Below are positions 1 through 16,004 of a DNA stretch of 26,962 bases, in pieces. Every line of letters starts with the position of its first letter. The stretch's first letter is position 1. Origin of the DNA: Octopus sinensis (taxonomy: Eukaryota); NCBI RefSeq assembly GCF_006345805.1, contig NW_021834059.1, positions 1 through 26,962 on the forward strand, in the 5' to 3' direction. Both the position numbers and the translations under genes were made by a program. The notes under the pieces were generated by a model, which saw only the letters and a list, made by a program, of their open reading frames with translations, was not told the DNA's origin and did not search any database.

Positions 1-39
1 CACACGGTGATGATAGAGTTAGAAAGAAAATGTAAAGTG

Positions 40-4760
<4,721 letters not shown>

Positions 4761-5139
4761 TTTTATTGCATTTTTACTAATGGGCTTTCATCGAATACGA
4801 TGAGGACCATGTCTGTTATATTTGTGGATCTATTGGGGATTCATAAGTCTTTGCCCTAGCGTATCTAGATTCTGTGCCGCACGGGGTGGCCCTTCCGTTT
4901 GCCAACCCCGGACCCCACAAAAACACATATTGCCCGCCTGGGCGCCCCACCTCCATACATACACACTATTCCTAGCTACGCTAGTGAGTCTTTTGTTACA
5001 ATGTTCAGATATTATTCTGTCTGCCTTACTTTTCGGTTGTTCTTGTCACTTGTGTTACCTGCATCTTAAGTCTTGTTCGACAGTGAAACCGTCATTATAA
5101 GTACAGATAGGAATGTCTTCCATTCTTGAGTATACTGTC

Positions 5140-5390
5140 TTTTATCTTCTATCTTTTACATGTTCCAGTCATTAGAATGCGGCCATGTTGGTGAAATTCC
5201 TTGAACAATTTCGGAGTAGACTCAATCGACTTAAGCAATATTTTTTCTTAAGCCTTGTACTTTTTCTACTGTTCCTTTTTTTGCCGAACCGCTAAGTTAC
5301 ATGTGTTGTAAACTCATCGACACCGGTTGTCTCAGACATACACATACGCACAAACACAGAAACACTCACAAGCACATAAACACAAATACA

Positions 5391-5433
<43 letters not shown>

Positions 5434-5595
5434 CAGGCTTCTTTCAGTTTCTGTCTCCCAAATACACTCATAAGGCTTTGGTCGACCCGATGCAATAGTA
5501 AAAGGCACTTGCCCAAGGTGCCATGACGTGGGACTGGGCAAGGAGCACTATAGTTAGGAAGCAAGCTTTCTACCACACAACCACATCTGCGCCTA
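5140..5595 (-). mobile_element. tRNA-derived SINE, family A, diverged near-full-length copy with internal microsatellite
   Basis: Matches the younger copies at 23800-24185 and 25740-26148 (cagtcatt..tgcggccatg, gccgaaccgctaagttac, gcttctttcagttt, cacttgcccaaggtgcca, taccacacaacc). Confidence 0.85.
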
Positions 5596-5599
5596 CATG

Positions 5600-6864
5600 G
5601 ATCATTTTGAAAATGATCTTAACTGACCGCGGAAGAGCTGTTTTTAATCATGCGATCATTCGTTGGTCATCGTATACGTAACTGTTGAAGGTCCTACTGA
5701 GGAAACAAGCTTCAGTCGTCTCACTTGACAGGGTATTCAATGTTATTGGTATCGGTTCATAGGAGTATTTCTCTGCTTCTTTACTCCATTTCACTTAAAA
5801 TAGATTTTGGTGGCTCCAGTTGCTCGATTTTCCAGAGCTTAACGTGTTGGTTGTATGTGGTTTGCGTTCTCGAACCATATGATAGAGTAGAAACGGTCTA
5901 CCAGATATATGAGAGCATTGATATGGCGGCTGTGATGGTTATTTAGGAAAACTCTTCCTGTTAATGGATCATAGAAGGCTGTCCTTTGCGGTTTAACATC
6001 TTGTCCATTCGCTGGATATGCTGAAACTTGGGTATTTCAAGAAGAAGGATGTAGAAAGTTGTTACTTTTCTGGTGAAAAAAGTAGGGAGCTAAGAGGCCA
6101 GAAGAGACAGGTACTTTTATAGACGTTTGCTTTCAGGGCCATTCTCTTTATAAGTTGTAACGACTATCGTGATGATTTTCAGAGTATCACCTACAGCTGA
6201 GTCACCCACAGAGTGTATTCTGTATAATATGTCAAACTCAAGCTTACTTGTATTTATCTGACATCTGATATTGAAATGATACCCGATAATATTGAAATGG
6301 TTCCTGACAAGTTAGAACTTAATAGTGACTTACTCGTCCCTGTTAGTCCTCCGGCTACACAGATTATAAAGTTATTAAACAGCATAGAAGCCAGCATCCA
6401 CATCCTCGTCCCATTCTTACACTGAAAGTCTCATAATCAACAACTCGAGTCATCATCTTCGTGTATAAATGTTGTAAAAAGTTCAATAATTGGGACAAAA
6501 TTGTTTCAGAACATCCTACAGAGCTTTCCTCTGTACGTTGTCAAATGCATTAAAATGTCCAGAAATGCAATGGAAATGTCTTGTTTTTACCACCCCACCA
6601 AGGTCCTCCACTCCAGCTCACCACACACACGCACTCACTCTGCATTTTTCCTGAAGCTTCTCTGTAATCCATGCTAACCAGCGACTTCGATTTCAGCAGA
6701 AGTCGCACTGGTTTTCTGGTATGGAGTTTTATTAATCTGATGTGTCTTCTAAGATAAATCTTGATCAGGAAACAAAGGACAGAAATTATATAGCCCCAGC
6801 CGTTGTTGGGGCAAATACATCTGACACTCTTGTTTTTGTAGATGATGACGATATTAACATCGAT
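5600..6864 (-). mobile_element. Decayed RTE-clade LINE, reverse transcriptase remnant with many stops and frameshifts
   Basis: Minus-strand translation gives RTE RT motifs in the correct order: DVNIVIIYKNK (6829-6861), PENQCDF (6699-6719), LQEKCR (6639-6656), NAFDNV (6534-6551), a KYPSFSISS variant of KYLGS (about 6020-6045), VSTLSYGS (5871-5894). Family motifs are from recall; no search was run. Confidence 0.85.
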
Positions 6865-6923
6865 TCAATTTAACTGCTTCTGATTCAATGATGTATTTAT
6901 AAAGGTTACAGAGCAGAGGTCTC

Positions 6924-7111
6924 GGTTCTTTAACATTTGTAATAATTGTCTCCTTTCTGCACTTGTAAAATTGAAGGACCCAGGGTCACTTACACACATA
7001 CACACATATGTATAATATCTAGATGCAGACGCATGGTCCTTTAACGTTTGTAATGATTGTCTTCCCTTTGCACTTCTAAAACTGAAGGCTCCAGGGTTAA
7101 TTACACACACA

Positions 7112-7146
<35 letters not shown>

Positions 7147-7150
7147 CACA

Positions 7151-7183
<33 letters not shown>

Positions 7184-7222
7184 CACACACACACATATAA
7201 TATCGAGACGCAGACGTATGGT
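6924..7222. repeat. Two-copy tandem duplication of a 111-bp unit; second copy has an expanded (CA)n
   Basis: ggttctttaacatttgtaataattgtc at 6924 and ggtcctttaacgtttgtaatgattgtc at 7035. Both units end ataatatc(t/g)aga(t/c)gcagacg(c/t)atggt. Confidence 0.9.
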
Positions 7223-7224
7223 TG

Positions 7225-7362
7225 ATGCTTTCTAACTATTCACATCCAGGGTTTCAGTCCCACCGCACGGCATCTTTTGCAAGTGTCTTTTACTATAGCC
7301 TCGAACCGACCAATGTCTTGTGAATGAATTTGGTAGCTGAAAACTTTCTGGAAGCCTGTCAT
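7225..7362 (+). mobile_element. SINE family A, 5' half, diverged, ending in (TACA)n
   Basis: gggtttcagtcccaccgcacggcatc..gcaagtgtcttttactatagcctcg..ccgaccaa matches the head of the 23800 copy. Confidence 0.8.
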
Positions 7363-7365
7363 TCT

Positions 7366-7469
7366 CATACATACATGCATACATACATACATACATACAT
7401 ACATACATACATACATACATACATACATACATACATACATACATACATACATACATACATACATACATA
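7366..7469. repeat. (TACA)n microsatellite
   Basis: Read directly. Confidence 0.97.
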
Positions 7470-8858
7470 GACGATGGTAGTAAGCAAGGTCCCGTGAATC
7501 TTTCACTTAACAATCCACGATTTCTCATACCAATTAAAGAACAGTAAATAAAGTAAAAACGGTAAAAAACGGTAAAAACAATTTCTCATATAAATGAGGA
7601 ACGGTAAATGAGGATATCCTCACGGCCGATAAATGAAGATATCCACACGATATCAAAGTATGTTATTATAAGCATCTAATATAGAGGACGAGACAATATA
7701 TAATCATTTACGAAATTTAAGCTCGTGTCTACTGTAAACCGAACTGTTGTACTCAATCCTATAACGCAGCGACACCATAACTACAAACTTGCATACATTC
7801 ACACATGCGCATACGCACACTGGTATATTATATGTATACAGTTCTGTTTGCGAGTAGATCCGTATATTCACGCATGTTAGTGCGTCTGCGTGCGTGCTTG
7901 TGTATGTACTCATTCAGGAAAAGAGGTAAACTTGTATAAAGATAGCAAGCGGCTACAAAAACTGTTATTTAACTGTTGATTATTGATGTAGAGGAATCGT
8001 AAGCCCACGTTAAATAGGAAACTGAATCCCTCTCTTTAGTGTCTGTAAAATAATAACAAGCAATTGTTAACTCAATATTATAGATTCGTATACTTCAGTT
8101 TTGGCTTTTTAAAAATCCCGAAGCTGGATATACGTATGATTGCATATATGTATTCAACAGAATATAATCTTCAACTATGTACAACTACATATTTTTTTCC
8201 TTTTATGAAATGTTGGTTTCTTTAAATAAATGAGATATTTTTATCTAGCTGACGGGATTGAAAGCTGACATGAATGAAAGTCATAGTGGTGAAATTGAAA
8301 TTAATTTAATTGATAGTTTCTATATAGATGGGCGTTGAGCTTATTTCTATACAAAACGTTACAGTAGAAGAATGGTACCAAAATACAAGAAGAGATAAGA
8401 CGATGTGGCATCAATAGCTTTCTCAAAGTGTTGTCTTCAAATTACAATTGAAACTATATTTCGAATCGTAAGGAATAATCGAAAATTTTAATAATCAACT
8501 TACAATTATCTAAAGATTTGTTTGACTTGCAAGAAACAAGATTTGTTTTGGTGGAAAGTTATGATATTAATACTTTCTTCGTTCAATATCATTATAGAAT
8601 AAGTAAAAGGAAAGTACACATATATCTATTTAATATCGCAACTTGTGAACAATAGGATCATTAAGTTTGGGTTCACTTACTAGTTCTCCACATTTCTCAT
8701 GGCGAGAACGAGAAGGGGTATCTACAAATCGTAGTCCAACAAATGTCTCAATGTCCTTCATTCTTAAAGCATAAGAGATTTAAACATTTTTCCCGGAGAT
8801 ATTTATATCCTACGCCACCCATATACAAGGAAAAAAGATATATACACAACGATATACA

Positions 8859-9020
8859 CATACACACTCGACGGCTTCCGTACCGTTACCATTACCAGTT
8901 ATTCTCCTTACAGGGTTATTGGTCAAATATAGGCTCACGACATCATACACACTTGACGGCTTCCGTACCGTTACCATTACCAGTTATTCTCCTTACAGGG
9001 TTATTGGTCAAATATAGGCT
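8859..9020. repeat. Tandem duplication of a 77-bp unit with an 85-bp period
   Basis: Copies at 8859-8935 and 8944-9020 differ at one base (ctcgacgg vs cttgacgg). Confidence 0.95.
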
Positions 9021-9267
9021 TCGTGTGGATTTATCCGATTGGCTGAGAAGCGAAATTAGTTATCAAATATCCGAGTCTAAATTAGTACTGGAGATGGTTA
9101 TTAGTGATAAACTTAATATTTTTAGTATTACCTGTGATCAGTCTCCATTGCAATATATTGTACATTCTAGGGTCAAGGAAACGTGATCAGGAGCATTAAG
9201 ATATACTGATAAACTAATATGAAATTTTTGCATGTAGTGTACCCTCAGTATATTTAAATGATGCTAA

Positions 9268-9448
9268 ATACGATGAGCTGGCAGAGTCGCTATCGCGCCG
9301 GACAATTTGCTTGGTGGTCTTTCTTCCAACTTTACGTTCTGAGTTCAAATGCCACCGGGTTCAACATTGCCTTTCGTTCTTTAGGGATCGATAAAATAAG
9401 TACCAATCGATCGCTAAAATTTCTGGATTTGTGCCAAAATTTGAAACT
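9268..9448 (+). mobile_element. tRNA-derived SINE, family B, diverged
   Basis: Head gagctggcagagtcg, B-box gagttcaaatgcc, core ttgcctttcgttct..gatcgataaaataagtacc. The core resembles the conserved Meta/MESC-type SINE domain (recall, unverified). Confidence 0.8.
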
Positions 9449-9639
9449 AATATATTTCAAACGAAATAAAAAAAATCAGAATGCATATTTCTCTGTTTCC
9501 AACCACCTTAGAGAGGTGTGATATCATTTACTAATTTTTCATAGCAGTGTTGTTTAGAAATTTGTTTTGCATCTATGTAGTTCTGCTTTCAATCACAATG
9601 CACGACATCATTATCGAATGTCTATCAACGTGTCGTCAA

Positions 9640-9728
9640 CGTGACCAATGCCTTGCGAGGTTATTTTGGTAGACGGAGAATGTGCGGAAGTCCGTTATGT
9701 GTGTGTGTGTGTGTGATTGTGTGTGTGT

Positions 9729-9766
<38 letters not shown>

Positions 9767-9780
9767 TGTGTGTGATTAGC
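9640..9780 (+). mobile_element. Old SINE family A fragment running into (GT)n
   Basis: gaccaatgccttgcgag..ttggtagacggagaatg..gaagtccgtt resembles family A gaccaaagccttgcgagtggatttggttgacggaaactgaaagaagcccgtc. Confidence 0.6.
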
Positions 9781-10079
9781 GTTGACTTGAAGTTGAAAAA
9801 CAAGTTAAAAAGTTGGAGAGTAGAGACATGTAAAAAAGGAAGAGAGGAAGACAGAGATAGAGAGAGAGAAAGAAAGAAAAAGACAGTAAGGAGGGTGAGA
9901 GAAAAATGAGAGAGGAAGGAGAACAGTGCTTGAAAATTTCTGATGGTAATGTATCTATTATCTAGTGAAAATTATATAACGACATACATATGCGAGATTT
10001 CACATAAGTACGTCCATAACTTCTCAGTTGTTCAAGGAACAACAAATTTAAACAAAGGAATAACAAGACAATCTCAGCA

Positions 10080-10185
10080 GGCATCATCATCATCATCATT
10101 ATTATTATTATCATTATTATTATTATTATTATTATTATTTATTATTATTATTATATTATTATTATTATTATTATTATTATTATCA
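10080..10185. repeat. (TCA)n/(TTA)n microsatellite
   Basis: Read directly. Confidence 0.95.
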
Positions 10186-10949
10186 GAAAACATATCACAA
10201 GTAAATCCAAAGACAAACTATATAGAGAGACGAATGAGTGTGTGTGATTAAATATACAATATAATAGCAAACTTTCTGTATAAATCTCGATTTCAGCTTC
10301 AAACTTATTCTGATGATAATCCAATATAATTCACTTTTTGTCTCTTTACTTCCTAACTTTAGGTGCTTATAGGCTTATTTCTGTTGTCTCGTAACAAGCC
10401 ATTGTATAACGATTTCTTTTGAATAGACACAAAGCCACCTCTTGCAGAACATTATGCAGTCTCGGTTGAGTCCATTCTTGATGTGCTCTTGTCTAATTTG
10501 CTATTCACCAATTTCTTAATCAACAAAGAAAATCTCAGTCCAATTATCAAAAACGTCCGGTTTCCAGACAGACATCGTGTCTGGTATTGTTATACTCTTC
10601 GGAACGTGTACTACCAACAAAATTGTACACGCGCTGTCTGTAGCTTATCGCTTCATTGTTATTCAATTAATTAATTAATTATCTAATTAATTAATTAATT
10701 TTTTATTTGTTTGTTAAAATATTACTTCTCACAACTGTTGCCAGTTGAATGCCTTCCTATTTCTGTTCCGGAAATTGAGGAAGATATTTAAAAGTTCGCA
10801 GTTATTTTGACACAGCAAATCAATGATTAATTAGTTAGTTAACTAATAGAAAATAAAATTTGATTAAATGTATATAATTGGTTAATTAACTAAGTAACAT
10901 TGACATTGTATTATTAACCAGCTGACCGTACCACAGTATAAGGTCTGTT

Positions 10950-11225
10950 ACAAAAAGATACTTTTGAACTTAGGTCTGCTACGTTCAGAGTTGTCCCTGG
11001 GCTAAAAATATTAAGAACTGTGAAGTAGAGAGAGCAATTTAATGGTTGGTCGACTGGCCTAATCATTCTCAAACTTCAACGCTAATGTCTTTTAAAAAGA
11101 ACGGTTACATTGGATAATGTAGTTCTGGATCAGCTGTGCTTGAAAAACATAAACAATGGTCCGGGTTATATCATCTTTGATCATTATGGTTGCTTAATCA
11201 GAGCTGCCCTGGAGCTATAAACCAT
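10950..11225 (-). repeat. Two old fragments of a further dispersed repeat (third copy at 21071-21125, +)
   Basis: Reverse complements of 10961-11007 (tttagcccagggacaactctga..gttcaaaag) and 11170-11222 (tatagctccagggcagctctga..gatcaaag) resemble tttagccccaggtcaacc..gatcaaatg at 21076. Short and diverged. Confidence 0.45.
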
Positions 11226-12526
11226 CACAACAATAACAACACTGATAACAGCAACAAACAACAAGAACAACAATAACTGCACCAACACATGTGTAGCAAC
11301 TGTTAACAGTTGAAATACATTTCAGACGTTTAGGAAGTTTCACAATCCAAAATCGATGAAATCGCTGCAGAAATAATTGCCATTAATTGTATTGGAATAT
11401 AAAGAATCCACTGAGGACAAAATCAAGTGAATGACGTAGTCTCAGATATCAATAGTTGTATACGATTTCATCAATAGATTACTGAATGATTCAGGATTTC
11501 CCACATTCTCTCTTTCTGTCCAAAGAGGTAAAATAGTCTTGGAAGAAACAATGTAATTATGTGTTAAATATCCGGCTCTTTTCCATTTAGCCTATCATAT
11601 TAATAAATAGTTTCCTCTAATTCTATCTAATTTCCTTTCATATAATCATATTTTCACAGGTATATCTTAGTCTCTCTCTTATGCCCCAACTAAATAATCC
11701 ATGCTTTGCTGTGCTTATAGTTTTTCATTCCTCTTTATCACCAGACAGTTCCCTTATAAACAACATATAGCAAGGAAAGAGCAGTTATCTGAAAGATGTT
11801 TCTTCAATAGAATGGAGTTCTCATAAGAATCCTATGGCCAGCTGATGTTGTCTTCTTTATCTCTAATTTCCACTCATATAATGCTAATTAGTCTGCATGA
11901 CAACTTAAAACCCGCATCTATAACGTCAGATGTCCACTTGGACTGGCACACGTGACACACACCTCACACTTACACAATGCTGATGAGAGAAACAACACTT
12001 TAGACTCTCTTTACACCCCGAGGGTGGTATTAATTAGCTTTGTCAAAACACAGCGATGAGAAATATAAAACGACTTTCACGGTAATAACAGAAGAGATTT
12101 ATCGCAACAACAATGGGCTATTTTTCACAACCTATTTTGTATATTGAGTGACTATGACTCTTAATATTTCTGATTGGTCAAGTTGACATTACCTTGACCA
12201 GAAGCGTTGCTTGACAAGTAATAGGCTCTGCTAATTCCTGTCTATAAATTATGCCCTTTTTAGTGTTTACTCACAGCAAAGAAAGAAACATTCGTTTTAT
12301 TCCCAAACAAATTATTTCATAAAATTTAATAACGATATTTTAAGTTATTTTTAGTTTAATCATAAAATGGAATCACATTATAAACATCTTCACATTGTCA
12401 GCTGTCAGGAATTTTCAATAATATCATTGCTTTCAGGAAAAAAGAAATTGAAATGTGTGATGCCGACGCAGAATGATGACGATGATGATGATGGTGATGG
12501 TGATGATGGGGGGGGGGGTATTGGTG

Positions 12527-12695
12527 GTTTCAAATTTTAGCTCAGGGCCAGTAATTTCGGTGAAGTGGGTATCAACTGGTACTTATTTTATCGACCCCGA
12601 GAGAATAAAAGGCAACGTCGACCATTTAGCGAAATTTTACCACAGAATGTAAAGACGGACGAAATGCCGCTAAGGACTTTTTGCCCAGGGCGCTA
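12527..12695 (-). mobile_element. SINE family B, diverged copy
   Basis: ctggtacttattttatcgaccccga..aaaggcaacgtcgacc..gacggacgaaatgccgctaag. Confidence 0.8.
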
Positions 12696-12733
12696 GAAAA
12701 CTTCCCAGCTTATACAGCACTAATAATAATCAT

Positions 12734-12945
12734 TTACAATTTGGGCACAAGGCCAGGAATATCGAGGGAGACGGTCAGTTGGTCACATCGACTCCAATGC
12801 TCAACTGCTACTTATTTTATTGACCCAGAAAGGATGAAAGGTAAATTTGACCTCGACGGAATTTGAACTCAGAAACGCTAAGTCGGACGAAATGCCGCTA
12901 AACATTATTCCCACTGTGCTAACGATTCTGCCAGCACGCCGCCCT
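12734..12945 (-). mobile_element. SINE family B, full-length diverged copy directly next to the previous one
   Basis: aaggatgaaaggtaaatttgacctcgacggaatttgaactcag..gctaacgattctgccagcacgccgcc (tRNA-like head on the minus strand). Confidence 0.85.
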
Positions 12946-13059
12946 ATTAATAATGATGATGATGATGATGATGATACCAACAGCTAAAACAAGAAGAACA
13001 ACAATAATAATGATTTCTTAATAGTACCAAACAACTTTACAACTACTAATAAAAGACTG

Positions 13060-13560
13060 AATTATTAAAAACAAAAGGTATAAGCATGTCATTTATCTAG
13101 AAAAATGTGCTAAAACAATTCTTATAAAAACAGGAAAACTAATTAAGAATACCAATGCTATACTGGGTAAAGAAAATGAAATAAGAGAACTGGACCGAAG
13201 ACATAGATATTCTTCGGAGTCACTGAACTAGATACAGTGCAAGACAGACAAATGAAATAAAAAGTAAGGAAGGATTATTATAGTCGAGTTAGATTACTAC
13301 TTAAGAATGCAAAAGAAGGCAAAAAATATGATCGTAGGTATCAATTCTCTAGCTGTCCCAGTTATACGTTACTGTAAAAATATTCATAACTGTATACTAA
13401 ATGAAATAACTAAACAAAACCTGAAAACAATGAAAATATTGACTCCATTTAGAATACACCACCCAAAATCTGACGTAGAAGGGTTTTGTATACAAGAAAC
13501 TGAAGTTGTTGGAGGCCTTATACGACTAGAAAACAACAATAAAATACCTACAGTAGCGGA
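13060..13560 (+). mobile_element. R4/Dong-clade non-LTR retrotransposon fragment (RT C-terminal region), pseudogenised
   Basis: Translation across frameshifts: LEKCAKT..GKL, VRKDYYSRVRLLLK, GINSLAVPVIRY, RIHHPKSDVE..GGLIRLE. This matches the recalled R4/Dong pattern LDKCA..KEYYRRVR..AINTLAVPV..HHPKAD..GGRGLI.LE. Includes the track ORF 13307..13576. Confidence 0.8.
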
Positions 13561-13984
13561 TATTCGTTTGGTTTAAGCAAAAAGAGACGGTATGTTTATG
13601 ATTTGAATGCTCGTTATTATATGTATGGGTGAATGACCAAGGTACAAAACAATAACATCCGGATCGATAACTCAAGTGGTCTTTAATTATATATTTTTGT
13701 TGTCTTTTAATCAAATCACTATGATTGACTTTCGGATTGCTCTAGAATCGATAAAATAAGTACGTGTATATTTATTTAGTTAAATGATTTATTCATACTC
13801 AGCAGAGGAAGGATAGTGTTCATGATCTTTTTGAGGGATCCGAAGCTCGTAGAAGGGAGAGAGGAAGTTAGTCCGAGACTGAATACATACAAGGGAAGAA
13901 ATTTCGTTTAGGACACACAAAACCAAGATGTGGTGTTTAACTGAACGACAGGTTGCATGCATAACCCAAAAGTATGAACAACTA

Positions 13985-14115
13985 CTTCCAACGGATTTTA
14001 ACAGTTTCCATCTACTATTGTCTAATTACAAATCTTTGGTGAACACGAGGCTCTGATAATAATGCCACATGCTAGAATAATTCTATTCGTGAAGCGTACT
14101 TTTAACCACACAATT
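13985..14115 (-). mobile_element. Very old SINE family A 5' fragment
   Basis: acggattttaacagtttccatctac..ctttggtgaacacgaggct..taaccacaca follows the family A antisense order. Confidence 0.5.
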
Positions 14116-14637
14116 ATACACGTATAAATATCTTCCTGCTGTGTAATAAATTATCATAATCACTATAATGTCTGATGAAGACTCATCAGTTTTTACAACA
14201 CAAATTAAAGATGCGGTAAGGAAACGAAATAATATTACCAATGAATAATATTAATATATTTATTTCCCCAAGTAGGTAGGAAACTATGGACATTGGTATG
14301 GATTTTTAAGAGTTAATCAACAAAGCAAACACTTCTTTGTATTGCTGTGGTTTCTCGGAATTGTAAGAAGTTATTTCTTACCTTCTAGACGTAACTATCG
14401 ACGTTGCTACGACAACCGACAAAACAGAATAGACTTTTTTACACAAGAATAAAAAATTGTAACACAAACATACAAATGAGCGCAAGGCACATAATTCGTT
14501 TATAGAAACATGAGACTTATCCCGTTTATGAAACATCGATTTATGAATCAATCCAGATAAAGCTTTGCTTCATTTAAACAATTTATGAGATCAATAAGAA
14601 AGTAGCTTTACTAAAAAAAAATAGCAATATTTATATT

Positions 14638-14846
14638 GGCTTCAAATGTTGGCGCAAGGTCAGCAATTTCGAGGAGTAGTTAAGTCGATTACAGCGACCC
14701 CCAGTGTTCAAATGTTATTTTATCGAACCCGAAAGGATGAAAAGCAAAGTCGGTCGCAGTTGTATTTCAACTCAGTATATAAAGATGGACGAAATGCCGC
14801 TAAGCATTTTGCCCGGCGTGCTAAAGATTCTGCCACCTCACCTCCT
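14638..14846 (-). mobile_element. SINE family B, full-length copy
   Basis: cccgaaaggatgaaaagcaaagtcgg..gacgaaatgccgctaagcattttgcccggcgtgctaaagattctgcca. Confidence 0.85.
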
Positions 14847-14954
14847 AACAACATATTTATTGATAAATCTTTCCGTGATTCGTCTGCATTAAAATGTTTC
14901 TTCTATTAATGTTATAAACTACATGTGTCTATATATTACTCTATATCCATAATT

Positions 14955-15185
14955 TTTTAGTCATTTGACTGCGACCATGCTGGAGCACCGCCTTTAGTCG
15001 AGTAAATCGACCCCAAGACTTATGTCTTTGTAAGCCTAGTACTTATTCTATCGTTCTCTTTTGCCGAACCGCTATGTTACGAGGATGGAAACACACCAGC
15101 ATCGGTTGTCAAACGACGGTGGGACGACAAACACAGACACACAAGCATATATACACAGACAGACAGACAGACTGACTGACAGACA

Positions 15186-15239
<54 letters not shown>

Positions 15240-15354
15240 AATATATATAATCAGCCGAAATTGCGAAGATGATATCCGGTTCTTGACTGAAGATGTTTTT
15301 TGTGTCGTCTTCGAAATGTTTCACGTTCTTTTCCCAGTTTTATTTTTTTACTTT

Positions 15355-15411
<57 letters not shown>

Positions 15412-15570
15412 ATATATATAATATACGACGGGCTTCTTTCAGTTTCCGTCTACCAAATCCATTCACAAGGCTGTAATTGGCCCGATGCTATAGTTGAAGA
15501 CACTTGCCCAAGGTGCTGAACCCGGAACCATGTGGTTGGCAAGCAAGCTACTTACCACACAGCCACTCCT
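14955..15570 (-). mobile_element. SINE family A, full length, with a foreign insert of about 105 bp in its internal microsatellite
   Basis: 3' half at 14955-15150 (agtcatttgactgcgaccatgctggagcaccgcc..). 5' half at 15425-15570 ending accacacagccactcct, the A-box TGGCTGTGTGG on the minus strand. Confidence 0.92.
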
Positions 15571-16004
15571 TACATTATTGAAATTAATATGATACTTGAT
15601 ATTCATAAATAGTTCTATACAAATGTTTAATTGACTCTCTAGTTACTACTTGAATTTACAAACTGACATTATTCTATTTAATCTTGTCAAAATCTATAAA
15701 ACTAATACTTCATATTAAATGTTCAATAATTTATTCATCACATTTAGTAGTTTTTGTTACTAATATTTTCATTTTTTTTTTTTATTATTTCATGGAGTAA
15801 ATTTCGGGATTTTTTACTTTTCTAATAGCGTTTATTTCATTGAAGCAGTTTTCCATCAGAAACTGTATGACATCGTTTTCTTTTAGCATTAAATATATTC
15901 GTGAACAAGAGAGAAGTTGAGTTTTCAGGCTTTCAGGAAGAGTCATTCTTTCGCAAGGAAGTAGAGAACTATGAAAGAAGGGTGTTTATTTGTAGATTTT
16001 TAAT

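Noticed and set aside
8743-9186. 147-aa ORF as a gene
   Set aside because: Largely made of the tandem duplication read in two frames; no recognisable domain.
10660-10900. (TAAT)n runs as a homeodomain-site cluster
   Set aside because: Indistinguishable from simple AT-rich repeat.
11980-11995. ctgatgagagaaac as a hammerhead
   Set aside because: Only 2 nt lie between CUGAUGA and GAAA, too few for stem II, and there is no stem III.
14172-14189. ctgatga-agac-tcatcag 7-bp hairpin (hammerhead or C/D box)
   Set aside because: No GAAA at a usable distance and no snoRNA layout; a palindrome this short is expected by chance in 27 kb.
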